This document shows positions 37,954-47,957 of a DNA stretch of 64,000 nt, in pieces; position 1 is the stretch's first letter; every line of letters starts with the position of its first letter. The position numbers and the translations under genes are program-made. The notes beneath the pieces are model-generated. The model saw only the letters and a list, made by a program, of their open reading frames with translations. It did no database searches and was not told where the DNA came from. Source of the DNA: an uncultured Nitrososphaerales archaeon (GTDB taxonomy: Archaea > Thermoproteota > Nitrososphaeria > Nitrososphaerales > Gagatemarchaeaceae); contig OY970160.1 in NCBI GenBank assembly GCA_963706445.1, positions 1,376,001-1,440,000 on the forward strand. Reading direction: 5' to 3'.

Positions 37954-39429
37954 TCACCAGTGAACCCTGAGAGTCATGGGGTGCGAAGCCTTCACTTCGT
38001 CTATCTTTCCTACGCTGGTGTTCTTGGGGACGGAGCCCAGGGTCCCCTGCCTCATCTCCTTGTAGATCTCGTTCAGGGCGGCCGCGTACTCGTCGAGCAT
38101 CTCGAGCGGCTCGGACTCAGTAGGTTCTATCATTAGGGCTTCGTGGACGATGAGTGGAAAATAGATGGTGGGGGCATGCATCCCATAGTCGAGTATCCCC
38201 TTGGCGATGGTGAGGGCGGACCCGGGGAGCTCGCTCTTCACAGAAACGACCGCCTCGTGCTTCCTGTGCAGGTCCTTGCCGTGGGATGCGGGGAAGGCCT
38301 CGGGGTCGAGGCTCTTCCATAGGTAGTTGGCGGCTAGCACCGCCAGAGATGACACGTCTGCCAGGCCTGATGCGCCCAAGAGCCGGATGTATACGTAGGC
38401 CCTGAGGAGTACGGCCGAGTTTCCCACGAACCCCTTGAGTGGGCCTATGGTGTGTTTCAGGTCGTAGTCCAGCGAGTAGGCATCCTTGGCCTTCGAAACA
38501 ACCGGGACGGGAAGGTATTGGGTGAGCTTCCTGGTGACTCCGACCGGCCCTGCGCCGGGGCCCCCTCCTCCGTGCGGGGTGGCAAATGTCTTGTGCAGGT
38601 TCAGGTGGACTACATCGAACCCCATGTCTCCGGGCCTGGCCCTGCCCAGCAGTGCGTTCATGTTGGCCCCGTCGTAGTACATCAGCCCTCCTGCGGCGTG
38701 TACGGCACTGCACACGTCAGCGACTTCGCTTTCGAATAGACCGAGGGTGTTGGGGACGGTGAACATCATCCCAGCTGTCCTGTCGGAGCAGAGCTCCCTG
38801 ACCGCCGAGGCTCTCACCTGTCCGGACGGGTCAGATGCGACCTTCACGACCTGGAACCCCGCCATGGCGGCGCTCGCCGGGTTCGTCCCGTGGGCGGAGT
38901 CGGGGACAAGGATCTCGTCCCTCTTCCCCTGGCCGTGGTCCCTCAGGTACTTCCTGATCATGAGGACCCCCGCCAGCTCCCCCTGGGCCCCGGCGGCCGT
39001 CGAAAGGGAGAATCGGTGCATGCCTGTCAACTCTTTGAGGTATCTCTCGAGCTCGTAGAATATCGACAGGAGCCCCTGGACCGTGTCCTCGGGTTGGAGG
39101 GGGTGGGCGTTCTTCATCCCGTCTGACCCGGATATCATCTCGGAGACCTTGGGGTTGTACTTCATCGTACAGCTCCCGAGGGGATACATCCCGAGCTCTA
39201 CCGAGAAGTTCATCTGGGACAGGCGGTTGAAATGCCTGAGCACCTGGAGCTCGGAAAGCTCGGGGAGGTTGACGGAGCTCCTCCTCAGGGAGGCCGGGAC
39301 CAGCGAGCCAGGGTCCTTGAACCGGGCAGATATCTTGACGTCGTTCGGGACGGACATCCCGACCCTTCCCGGCCTGCTGAGCTCCTTCAGGAGGGGTTCG
39401 TCCCAGAATGCCTGGGTGAACTTCTTCAC
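37954..39429 (-). CDS. gcvPB: glycine dehydrogenase (decarboxylating) subunit 2
   Basis: YPLGSCTMKYNP, HGTNPAS, LHKTFATPHGGGGPG. Confidence 0.96.
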   Translation of the reverse strand: MKKFTQAFWDEPLLKELSRPGRVGMSVPNDVKISARFKDPGSLVPASLRRSSVNLPELSELQVLRHFNRLSQMNFSVELGMYPLGSCTMKYNPKVSEMISGSDGMKNAHPLQPEDTVQGLLSIFYELERYLKELTGMHRFSLSTAAGAQGELAGVLMIRKYLRDHGQGKRDEILVPDSAHGTNPASAAMAGFQVVKVASDPSGQVRASAVRELCSDRTAGMMFTVPNTLGLFESEVADVCSAVHAAGGLMYYDGANMNALLGRARPGDMGFDVVHLNLHKTFATPHGGGGPGAGPVGVTRKLTQYLPVPVVSKAKDAYSLDYDLKHTIGPLKGFVGNSAVLLRAYVYIRLLGASGLADVSSLAVLAANYLWKSLDPEAFPASHGKDLHRKHEAVVSVKSELPGSALTIAKGILDYGMHAPTIYFPLIVHEALMIEPTESEPLEMLDEYAAALNEIYKEMRQGTLGSVPKNTSVGKIDEVKASHPMTLRVHW

Positions 39430-40815
39430 CTAGAGCGCCTCCTCCAAAGCGGCGGAGAGAGCTTCAATGTCTTCCCTGGTGTGGACTTCGGTGACGCAGA
39501 AGAGCCCGGCCTGGGCGCCGACGCCGTAGCCGCTCAACGGGTAGCCTGCGAGAACCCCCTTCTTCGCCAGGCGCCTGTAGACTAGGTCAGCCTTCGACTT
39601 CCGATATGAGACCGTGAACTCCTTGAAGAATGCGCCTCCAAAGTGGGGTGAACGGACCCCGTCGATCCTGGACAGCAGCTTGGCCGCGTAGTGGGAGTTG
39701 GAGATTATCGTCTCCCCCAGCTTCCGGTACCCCTCCTTGCCGAGGAGAGAGAGGTAGCTTGCCGCTGCCACGGCCATGAGGGATTGGTTGGTGCAGACGT
39801 TGGACGTAGCGGCCTCCCTGCGGATGTGCTGCTCCCTTGCCTGCAGGACCATGGCGAATGCCTTCCTGCTCGGGTCGGCGACGGCGTTTGTGATTCCTAT
39901 GAGCCTCCCCGGCATGCTCCTCGCGAGCTTGATGTCTTTGACGGCGAAGATCCCGAGGTGAGGGCCCCCGTAGTTCATGGGGATCCCGAGGGGCTGCCCC
40001 TCCCCCACGGCGACGTCCGCCTCGTAGGCACCCGGCTCCTTGATCAGAGAAAGCGAGATCGGATCGACCCCCACTACAGCGAGCCCGCCAGCGCCATGGA
40101 CCTTCTTCACGATCCTCGGGATCTCTTCCTCGATGACCCCGAAGAAGTTCGGGTTTTCGACGTAGAGGCAGGCTATGTCGTCGGACAGCTTGTGTTCAAG
40201 GTCGGAAAGGTCCACCGTCCCCCGGGACCTGTCGAAGGAGACAGCCTCCAGCTCCATCCCCATGGGCTCGGTATATGTCCTGATGACGGCCAGGCGCTGG
40301 GAGCCTGAATTGGAGGCGATGAGCGCCTTCCTTCTCCCGGTGACCCTCCCGGCCATCCTTACGGCCTCGCCGGCGGCGGAGGCCCAGTCGTAGAGGGAGC
40401 TGTTGCAGACCTCCATCCCCAGAAGGTCGCACATGAGACTCTGGTACTCGAAGAGGGCCTGGAGCATCCCCTGGCTGACCTCTGGCTGGTAAGGGGTGTA
40501 GCTGGTGTAGAACTCCTGTCGGGATGTGATCGACTCGACCGCGGCGGGGATGTAATGGGGCCAGACCCCTCCGCCCAAGAAGCACAACGTTCCCGGCGGG
40601 GTCCTGTTCCTACCGAGCCTCGCCTGGACCTCGCGCCTGATCTCATATTCGGAGGCGCCCTCAGGGAGCCTCAGTTTCCTCTTGAGCCTGACCTTCGGGG
40701 GGATGTCTGAGAAGAGCTCGTCGATGGAGCTGGCCCCTGCCTTCTCAAGCATCTTCGATACGAGGGACTCGTCGAGGTTGGGGAGGAGGGGGTGGCCCTC
40801 GTGAGATGCCTGCAT
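39430..40815 (-). CDS. gcvPA: glycine dehydrogenase (decarboxylating) subunit 1
   Basis: TSYTPYQPEVSQG, REQHIRREAATSNVCTNQ; ATG at 40815. Confidence 0.96.
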   Translation of the reverse strand: MQASHEGHPLLPNLDESLVSKMLEKAGASSIDELFSDIPPKVRLKRKLRLPEGASEYEIRREVQARLGRNRTPPGTLCFLGGGVWPHYIPAAVESITSRQEFYTSYTPYQPEVSQGMLQALFEYQSLMCDLLGMEVCNSSLYDWASAAGEAVRMAGRVTGRRKALIASNSGSQRLAVIRTYTEPMGMELEAVSFDRSRGTVDLSDLEHKLSDDIACLYVENPNFFGVIEEEIPRIVKKVHGAGGLAVVGVDPISLSLIKEPGAYEADVAVGEGQPLGIPMNYGGPHLGIFAVKDIKLARSMPGRLIGITNAVADPSRKAFAMVLQAREQHIRREAATSNVCTNQSLMAVAAASYLSLLGKEGYRKLGETIISNSHYAAKLLSRIDGVRSPHFGGAFFKEFTVSYRKSKADLVYRRLAKKGVLAGYPLSGYGVGAQAGLFCVTEVHTREDIEALSAALEEAL

Positions 40816-40870
40816 CTTTCGTGGCCGAAAAACGCTTAAAATAAGAACGTAGCGGCGAGGGCTCACTCGT

Positions 40871-42538
40871 TTGAGGCGTTTAGTTTCAGTCGCACTTCTT
40901 TTCTTGCTCCTTCTAGCGGTCATGCCGGCCCTGGGGTCTGCCCATGCCCAGGGGTCTCCGAACATATCGGTCAACAGCCTCTACACCCTGAACAGATACG
41001 GGTTCGCCACCATCACCGAGGCCGTGTTTCTGACAAACAACCAGTCGTCCGCGGTCCAGGCACCGACTCTGACGTTCGGCTTCGGGAACCTTTCTTCCAA
41101 GGTAGTCACAGCCAATTTCACGGGGATTGGGTTCAACTCGGCCCCCGGGGCAGGAGGGATGTACACCATAGCGGGCACCCAGTCCATTGCCGCGAAGGGG
41201 AACGCGAGCTACACGCTGAGCGTCCTGCTCAACGGCGTAGTCACGGAAAGCAGTGGGAACATCACGGTGCTGACCCTTTCGTCTCCCTCCATCAACTCCA
41301 TGGTCAATTCGATCAACAACATCATACAGATGCCAGTCTCCACCAGCTTCGAGACCGCCCACGCACCTGTTGGGCTGACCGCTGACCTCACCGGGTCGAG
41401 CAACACCTACTCCTCGACCAAGACTGATACTACTCCCTCCGCAGTGACTTCAACCGACACGATCGCGTATTCGGCTGCCCAGGACTTCAACCCGCTTCAC
41501 GTATACTCCGCCGTGAGGACGATCTCGACAGACTCCGGCGGGAACCCAGTTGTGACCGACACTGTCGAGTTCCAGAACATGGGTACCACCCCTCTGCAGA
41601 CGCTTTACGTGAACGCCCTCGCAAACTCGGGCGCCGACGTGACAGTGGAGACGGTGACCGAGCCGAGGCTGGTCAGTCCGGTCACATTCCAATTGGTCAG
41701 CGGGTCCATCGACCTCACCCAGTTCGAGTCGGGTTCCCTGAGCAGCGGCGTGCCGCCCGGGGGGAACTTCACCATAACCTACCAGTATTCGCTCTCGGGG
41801 ACCTACTACAGGATCTCCGGGGGTCAGGTGACAGTGAACGTCCCCGAGACCCCTCCTGTCAGCGCGTTCGTCGACCAGTTCACAGTCAACCTCGCTCTCC
41901 CCCATGGAGCGGAGGCGGCCCAGGCAGCTCCGGTCGTCCTGCAATCGGTGGCACCGTGGCAGACCGCGACGACGACATTCGCCTACACCCTTTCGGTCGG
42001 GTGGGCAATCGCTGACGGGGTCCCCCTGGCCACCATCGTGTTCGCACTGTTGCTGATCGGGCTCTTCGTCTCGAGGACGACGACGGCGCAAACGGAGGAG
42101 ACGGAAGAGGAGGAAACCTCCACGGAGCTCGCTTCGAACCTGATCCAGGCCTTCGAGGAGAAGACAAACCTCATCAACGGACTCTGGTCTGAGATTTCGT
42201 CAAAGGACCCCAACGAACTTGACAAGGAGTACTTCGACGAGCTCAGGGGGCGCCTCGACACGTTCAGGAGCAGGGCCCTGCAGAGGCTGAACGAGGTCAA
42301 ACAGAAGGCCACCAGTCAGAGGTTCTCGGAGGTCCTAAACCAGATGCACGTGACAGAGAGGGAGATAGACAGGGCCGCCAAGGACAAGCTCAACCTCTAC
42401 CAGCAGTACTACATGAGACAGATGCGGAAGGAGGTATACGACAGGCTCCTGCCGCAGTACACGAAGAGGCTCGAGAAGGCCCTCAACCAGATCTCCGACG
42501 AGCTCCACACCGTCCAGAGAGAAGCCAAGCTCCTCTAG
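40871..42538 (+). CDS. type I membrane protein with ribophorin-I-like architecture (tentative)
   Basis: Signal peptide, S/T-rich beta-type ectodomain with NxS/T sequons, single TM, about 130-aa charged helical tail. Confidence 0.6.
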   Translation: MRRLVSVALLFLLLLAVMPALGSAHAQGSPNISVNSLYTLNRYGFATITEAVFLTNNQSSAVQAPTLTFGFGNLSSKVVTANFTGIGFNSAPGAGGMYTIAGTQSIAAKGNASYTLSVLLNGVVTESSGNITVLTLSSPSINSMVNSINNIIQMPVSTSFETAHAPVGLTADLTGSSNTYSSTKTDTTPSAVTSTDTIAYSAAQDFNPLHVYSAVRTISTDSGGNPVVTDTVEFQNMGTTPLQTLYVNALANSGADVTVETVTEPRLVSPVTFQLVSGSIDLTQFESGSLSSGVPPGGNFTITYQYSLSGTYYRISGGQVTVNVPETPPVSAFVDQFTVNLALPHGAEAAQAAPVVLQSVAPWQTATTTFAYTLSVGWAIADGVPLATIVFALLLIGLFVSRTTTAQTEETEEEETSTELASNLIQAFEEKTNLINGLWSEISSKDPNELDKEYFDELRGRLDTFRSRALQRLNEVKQKATSQRFSEVLNQMHVTEREIDRAAKDKLNLYQQYYMRQMRKEVYDRLLPQYTKRLEKALNQISDELHTVQREAKLL

Positions 42539-42596
42539 ACCCGCTCGGCCCGGGGGCAGATTTATGAGGCGGGGAAGGGCCATAACCTCGAACGAT

Positions 42597-43541
42597 ATGG
42601 AAGAGAAAGCCGAGAAACTAGTGATAATTGGGTCGGGGCCGGCGGGCCTCACGGCGGCGATCTACGCCTGCAGGGCGGACCTCGAGCCCCTGGTCTACAT
42701 GGGGACGAAGTACGGTGGCCAGCTCATGCTCACCAGCGAGGTGGAGAACTTCCCTGGGTTCCCGGACCCTGTGCTTGGGCCGGACCTCATCACGAGGATG
42801 AAGTCCCAGGCTGAGAGGCTCGGGGCCAGGCTGGTCCAGGATGACGTGGTGAAGGTCGACTTCAAGACGTATCCGTTCGAGGTGTCCACGAGCTCTGGGG
42901 TCACCAAGGCGCTCTCGGTGATCCTAGCGACGGGCGCCAACCCGAGGAGGCTCAACCTCCAGTCGGAGATGAAGCTCATGGGGAAGGGTGTGTCCAACTG
43001 CGCTGTATGCGACGGCTTCTTCTTCAGGGGGAAGAAGGTCGCGGTCGTCGGAGGGGGGGACACGGCCATGGAGGAGGCGACGTTCCTCACGAAGTTCGCC
43101 TCGACGGTGCAGGTGATACACCGCAGGGACGAACTAAGGGCGAGCGCGGCGCTGAAGAAGGAGGCTGTTGCGAACCCGAAGATCAGCTTCATCTGGGATT
43201 CGGCGGTCACGGAGGTCCTCGGGGAAGGGAAGGTGCAGGGGGTCAGGGTCAAGAACCTGAAGACAGGGAAGGAATCCGACCTCCAGGTCGACGGATTGTT
43301 CGTCGCCATAGGATATGACCCGAACACGGAGATATTCAGAGGACAGGTCGAGCTGGACCCGAAGGGGTACATCGCCGTGAGGAACGGGACCGAGAGCAGC
43401 GTCCCCGGGGTCTTCGTGGCTGGGGACGTCCACGACTTCCGGTACAGACAGGCCATCACAGCGGCCGCGGACGGGTGCAAGGCGCTTCTGGACGCAGAGA
43501 AGTTCGTGAAACAGAAGCTCGAAGTAACAGTCGTCAGCTGA
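42597..43541 (+). CDS. trxB: thioredoxin reductase
   Basis: GSGPAG, CAVCD, VGGGDTAMEEA, QAITAA. Confidence 0.96.
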   Translation: MEEKAEKLVIIGSGPAGLTAAIYACRADLEPLVYMGTKYGGQLMLTSEVENFPGFPDPVLGPDLITRMKSQAERLGARLVQDDVVKVDFKTYPFEVSTSSGVTKALSVILATGANPRRLNLQSEMKLMGKGVSNCAVCDGFFFRGKKVAVVGGGDTAMEEATFLTKFASTVQVIHRRDELRASAALKKEAVANPKISFIWDSAVTEVLGEGKVQGVRVKNLKTGKESDLQVDGLFVAIGYDPNTEIFRGQVELDPKGYIAVRNGTESSVPGVFVAGDVHDFRYRQAITAAADGCKALLDAEKFVKQKLEVTVVS

Positions 43542-44652
43542 TCACGGAGACGAACCGGTCTTCGTTGACGGACCTGCTCAGCGGCCCTACTATGGGGGTC
43601 TTGTACCCGCAGGCGGTGCACCTGTTCTTGTCGTCCAAGTTGTATTCCAGGATCTCGTAGCCGTACCGTTTGATCAGGACCGCCTTGCACTCTGGGCAGT
43701 AGGTGCTCTCGTCTGGATGGCCTGGGACGTTGCCGATGTAGACGTAGTTGAGCCCGGCTGCCCTGCCTATCCTGACGTGCTTCTCCAGGGTCTCGACCGG
43801 GGTCCACGGGAAGTCCATCATCTTGTAGTCCGGGTGGAACCTGAGGAAGTGGACAGGGGTGTCTGGCCCGAGGTTGTCGTAGACGAAGCGGCAGAGCTTC
43901 TCGGCCGCCTCCAGGGACTCCCCGACTCTGGGGACGATCAGGTCAGTGATCTCGACGTGCACCTTGGCCCTCTTCTTGATCTCAAGGAGGCTGCTGAAGA
44001 TCGGGTCGGCGTTGGGGATGGAGATGTACTTGCGGACGAAGTTGGTCTCCCCGCTCCCCTTGAAGTCGACGGTGGCGCAGTCGAGGAAGTCGTCCATCAT
44101 CGCGACGGTGTCAGGGGTGTCGTAGCCGTTGGAGACGAAGATGTTGAAGAGTCCCTTGGACCTGGCGATCCTTCCGACGTCCCTCGCGTACTCCATGAAT
44201 ATAGTCGGCTGATTGTAAGTGTAGGCAATCCCTTCGCAGCCGTGCGACAGGGCGTTGTCGACTATCTCGTCTGGGGTGGCTTCGAATCCCTCGATCTTCC
44301 TCAGCTGGCTGATGTCGGAGTTCTGACAGTACGAGCATGCCCATGAGCAGCCGCTGGTGGCGATGGAGAAGATCTTCGAGCCAGGCCTGTAGTGGACGAC
44401 TGGCTTCTTCTCTATGGGGTCGATGTGGCCAGCCATCACCCGGCCGTAGACAAGGAGGTACAGCTTCCCCCCGACGACCCCTCTGACGCCGCAGAAGCCC
44501 ACTTGTCCTTCGCCGATCTGGCAGTTCCTTGCGCAAGCGGTGCACTGGACCCTGCCGTTGGGGAGGTCTCTGTAGAGCTCCGCCTGCTTTCCAGAGGGCG
44601 CGGAAAGCTTGGACCGGAGTGACATCGGAGGTAATGAATGCGACTTGGCCAT
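43534..44652 (-). CDS. amrS: AmmeMemoRadiSam-type radical SAM enzyme
   Basis: DPIEKKP, CSWACSYCQN, RFHPDY, YVYIGNV, C-terminal CxxC pairs. Confidence 0.88.
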   Translation of the reverse strand: MAKSHSLPPMSLRSKLSAPSGKQAELYRDLPNGRVQCTACARNCQIGEGQVGFCGVRGVVGGKLYLLVYGRVMAGHIDPIEKKPVVHYRPGSKIFSIATSGCSWACSYCQNSDISQLRKIEGFEATPDEIVDNALSHGCEGIAYTYNQPTIFMEYARDVGRIARSKGLFNIFVSNGYDTPDTVAMMDDFLDCATVDFKGSGETNFVRKYISIPNADPIFSSLLEIKKRAKVHVEITDLIVPRVGESLEAAEKLCRFVYDNLGPDTPVHFLRFHPDYKMMDFPWTPVETLEKHVRIGRAAGLNYVYIGNVPGHPDESTYCPECKAVLIKRYGYEILEYNLDDKNRCTACGYKTPIVGPLSRSVNEDRFVSVIS

Positions 44653-44723
44653 AAGTCTTGCAGGCCAGAGTCGGTCGTCTCAACAAATGGTTATAACATA
44701 TGTTATTTCCCGCAAGCATCCCA

Positions 44724-45473
44724 ATGGCCGACTTCCTGGAATCAATCATACTTTCAACAGTCATGGGATTCTCGATCTACCTTTCGCTCCCCATCATCTT
44801 GAGCAAGAACCAGAACGAGAGGAGTGTGCGCTTCATGAATGCCGTGGCGATAGGGATACTCATCTTCCTGATAGGAGACGTGTTCCTCGACGCCGCTGGT
44901 TCGCTGTACAACGGGTCACTGTATGGATACGGTTCCTCCCCGAGCTATGACCTGGTTTTCACCCTGTCGATGGCCGCGGGGTTCCTGGTGCTCTTTGTCG
45001 CCGGGTACAGGAGGAAGGTGACATTCACTCACACACAACTCGCCATGGTCATCGCCCTGGGAATAGCCTTCCAGAACCTGACAGAGGGGCTGCTCTTTGG
45101 CGCTCTGAGCGTCGGGATCGGGCTCACCGGGGCCGCCCTGGTGGTGCTCGTCGGATTCATCTTCCAGAACTCTACCGAAGGGTTCCCAATAGCGTCCCCG
45201 TTCCTGGGAGAAACGGAAGGGAAGAAGGGGATAATAGCGGCGGCCCTGCTCGTCGGAGGGCTCCCGACCGTATTCGGGGGTGCAGTCGGTTACTTCTACA
45301 ACGCGACGACTTTCGACCTCGTTTTCTACGGTCTGGCTGTGGGGACCATGCTCTATGTCATCCTCCCGATGCTCAGAAGCCTGCTCGCAGTGTCGGACTC
45401 GGGGAAACTAGGGATCGCCTATGCCGGAGTGTTCGTCGGCTTTGTCCTCGGGTTCGCAGTGAACCTGCTTTAG
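44724..45473 (+). CDS. ZIP-family metal transporter
   Basis: GILIFLIGDV; QNLTEG and QNSTEG at the HNxPEG positions; multiple TM helices. Confidence 0.75.
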   Translation: MADFLESIILSTVMGFSIYLSLPIILSKNQNERSVRFMNAVAIGILIFLIGDVFLDAAGSLYNGSLYGYGSSPSYDLVFTLSMAAGFLVLFVAGYRRKVTFTHTQLAMVIALGIAFQNLTEGLLFGALSVGIGLTGAALVVLVGFIFQNSTEGFPIASPFLGETEGKKGIIAAALLVGGLPTVFGGAVGYFYNATTFDLVFYGLAVGTMLYVILPMLRSLLAVSDSGKLGIAYAGVFVGFVLGFAVNLL

Positions 45474-45507
45474 GAACTCGAACATCAAAGAGCAGCTCGG
45501 GAGAGAA

Positions 45508-45581
45508 TAGCCCGGCTAGGATTCGAACCTAGGTCGCCGGCTCCAAAGGCCAGCATCCTTGACCAACTAGACGACCGGGCT
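45508..45581 (-). tRNA. tRNA-Gln(TTG), no intron
   Basis: AGCCCGG...CTGGC-CTTTGGA-GCCGG...CTAGG-TTCGAAT-CCTAG CCGGGCT A. Confidence 0.95.
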
Positions 45582-45609
45582 GCGGGTTTGCGCACGCGCC
45601 GTAGGTGAT

Positions 45610-46662
45610 TTAGCCTTGATTGGCTGTCTTGGCGATGAACCGGGCAATCTTTGGGACAGGGTCCTCCATGGAATCGAGGGTCCGCTTCGCCTTCTTCGCA
45701 AATGCGGCCCTGAACGTGTCGTCCGTCAGTCGCCTGGCCTTCGAGACGAGTACCTTCGGCGTCAGGGCCTTTTCCATCAGCCCGACGGACTCGAGGTAAC
45801 GGTCGGTGTACAGCGAGCCCTGGAACGCGGAGATCGTCGGGACCCCCATCAAGGCCGCTTCGGCGTTCATTGTCCCTCCCATGCCCACGAAGAGGTCGGT
45901 CTCGGCGAGGAGGTCGTGTCCGCTCACCACCTCGTCGGGGACGATTACCTTCTGTCCGAACTTGCTCCTCACTTCCTCGACCTGGAATTCGTAGCGGCAG
46001 AGCGCGACGATGTTGTGGCCTGGGAAAGCGTCTATCAGTGCCCCAAGCAGTTTGTCGGTCCATGTCATGTCGGCCTTTGCCAGATAGGGGGCGTCGCTCT
46101 CCTGGACCCGAACGGTGATGGTCTTCTTTCCGGGGTCAAGCTGTGGGACCGGTCCGGCGAGGGGCTCCCTCTTCAGCCATGCCGCCGGGTCGAGGGCGCG
46201 GTAGGTGGTGACCTGGTTCCGCCGGATCCCGAAGCGCTCCCAGGCTTTGTATGGGATGACCCATGGGCAGAGCAGGTGATAGCTGAGGGGGATGGACAGC
46301 CTCCCGGCTACCTCGGAGTGCGGCGAGTCGTTGACCGCGATGTGCTTGGTCCCGAGTCCAAAAGCCACCCTTGCGCAGACGGCAGAGGCTATCGAAACAG
46401 CTACGTCAGGCTTGAAATCCTGGATGATGGGGATCATCTCGGCCTGGCGCCTGGTGGCCGCCAGGAGTTGGTCTTCCGGTCCCTTCGTCCCCCTGTCCCC
46501 GACGTAGTTCAGTTTGAGACTCGCCCTCTCGGCGAGCGGCCCCACCTCCCTGTACCTCCGCGAGGTGGCGAGGACGGAAGCGCCCGAGGCTTCCAGTTCG
46601 TCTATTATCGGCTTGAAAAACAGGATTTGTTTCGGAGTGATTAGATCAAACCATGCTCGCAA
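45610..46662 (-). CDS. DUF354 family (putative glycosyltransferase-fold) protein
   Basis: WFDLITPKQILFF, AFGLG, GGTMNAEAALMGVPTI. Confidence 0.85.
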   Translation of the reverse strand: MRAWFDLITPKQILFFKPIIDELEASGASVLATSRRYREVGPLAERASLKLNYVGDRGTKGPEDQLLAATRRQAEMIPIIQDFKPDVAVSIASAVCARVAFGLGTKHIAVNDSPHSEVAGRLSIPLSYHLLCPWVIPYKAWERFGIRRNQVTTYRALDPAAWLKREPLAGPVPQLDPGKKTITVRVQESDAPYLAKADMTWTDKLLGALIDAFPGHNIVALCRYEFQVEEVRSKFGQKVIVPDEVVSGHDLLAETDLFVGMGGTMNAEAALMGVPTISAFQGSLYTDRYLESVGLMEKALTPKVLVSKARRLTDDTFRAAFAKKAKRTLDSMEDPVPKIARFIAKTANQG

Positions 46663-46783
46663 GACCCTTGGTTCCCTCGCGTTTTCAGACCGCCATTCAG
46701 CATACTAATCCGTTTGCCTCGGCTCGCACTCCGAAAGCTGTTCAAAGTATATCTAGAAACCTCCTCTGAGGCACAAAGAGCTT

Positions 46784-47914
46784 TTGCCAAAGATCAAGGC
46801 CGCGATGTACGGGTTCACCAGCGAGGCATACAGGCTGGCTGCGGCCCTAGTCGACAAAGCTCAGGTGACTATCGTCGATGAAACACTTCAGATGGCTATG
46901 GACGTCGACGCTCCGTTTCTGAAGAGGAACCCGAACCTGCAGGAGCTCATGGCCGAGGAGCCACTCCTTTCGTTTAAGCCGCTAGAGCAGGAGCTGGGGG
47001 ACGCCCAGGTGATCTTCTTCACCCCAAAGCTCAGGAGGCCCTCTGACGAGACCCTGATTGAGGCGAGTTCTAAGCTCAGGGACCTGGCCAGGTACCTTTC
47101 GAAGGGGGTGACCCTGGTCAACTCCCTTCCGACGGGGCCCGGAGGGAACTCCGACAACATCATGATTGTGGAGAAGGCGACGGGGCTACAGGTGGGCGGG
47201 GGTCTGACCTACGCGTACATGCCGCTGAGGCCAGGGGAGTCGAAGCCTGCCGTGGTCTCGGTCGCAGGGCCCGAGGAGAAAGGACAGCTGGCGGTATTGG
47301 GTTTCGTTCCGAATTCCCAGAACGTGTTTTCGGCTGAACTCGAGTACGCTTCCAGCGTTATGGAGACTGCGGTGGTCTCGGTCACCGAAATCGAGATGGC
47401 GAGGAGGGCGAGAGAAGCCAAAGTCTCTCTCCAGAAGCCGTCGAGCGCCTACCTGGACGAGTTCTCGAAGTACCTCTATGAGCTGAAGGCGATCCAGTCG
47501 AGCGAGGAGACCGGGGAGGCCATCGCGTACCTTGCCGGTGCGGCCCTCAAGAGCTTCGACAACTACGTCCGGTATGTGGTCGACGAGACCCGGGAGGTGT
47601 TGAAGGAGAAGCAACTCAAGGCGAGCAGGACCAAAATCTCCTTGCTGTGGAACCTGGACAAATACGAGATCCGGGGGGAGAGGCTGCAGGTCGCCGAGAG
47701 CATACAGCAGCGCCTGAGGGACTACGTGACCGACGTGGACATCGTATCGCGCCAGAAGGGGAAAGGTGGGGCTGACCTTCTCGACCCGCTCAAGCACAAC
47801 GTGGTGATCGTCTGCTCCAAGGACGACTGGGACCTCATGAAGTCAGCCAAGAAGGACCAGAGGAGCGCTGAGACGACTGTGATCTTTGCGACGCCAAGCC
47901 TCAGCAAGGAGTGA
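46784..47914 (+). CDS. degenerate nucleotide-sugar dehydrogenase-like protein
   Basis: LVNSLPTGPG and AYMP segments resemble the ESTVxPG and AFSPER motifs; no GxGxxG; precedes WbpB/WbpD-like genes. Confidence 0.5.
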   Translation: MPKIKAAMYGFTSEAYRLAAALVDKAQVTIVDETLQMAMDVDAPFLKRNPNLQELMAEEPLLSFKPLEQELGDAQVIFFTPKLRRPSDETLIEASSKLRDLARYLSKGVTLVNSLPTGPGGNSDNIMIVEKATGLQVGGGLTYAYMPLRPGESKPAVVSVAGPEEKGQLAVLGFVPNSQNVFSAELEYASSVMETAVVSVTEIEMARRAREAKVSLQKPSSAYLDEFSKYLYELKAIQSSEETGEAIAYLAGAALKSFDNYVRYVVDETREVLKEKQLKASRTKISLLWNLDKYEIRGERLQVAESIQQRLRDYVTDVDIVSRQKGKGGADLLDPLKHNVVIVCSKDDWDLMKSAKKDQRSAETTVIFATPSLSKE

Positions 47915-47957
47915 GCCGCATAACCCTATATCGACTTCGCAGCGGGAGGCGGCCGCA

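Noticed and set aside
40816-40974. Long N-terminal extension of GcvPA
   Set aside because: It overlaps the divergent gene and promoter; homology starts near ATG 40815.
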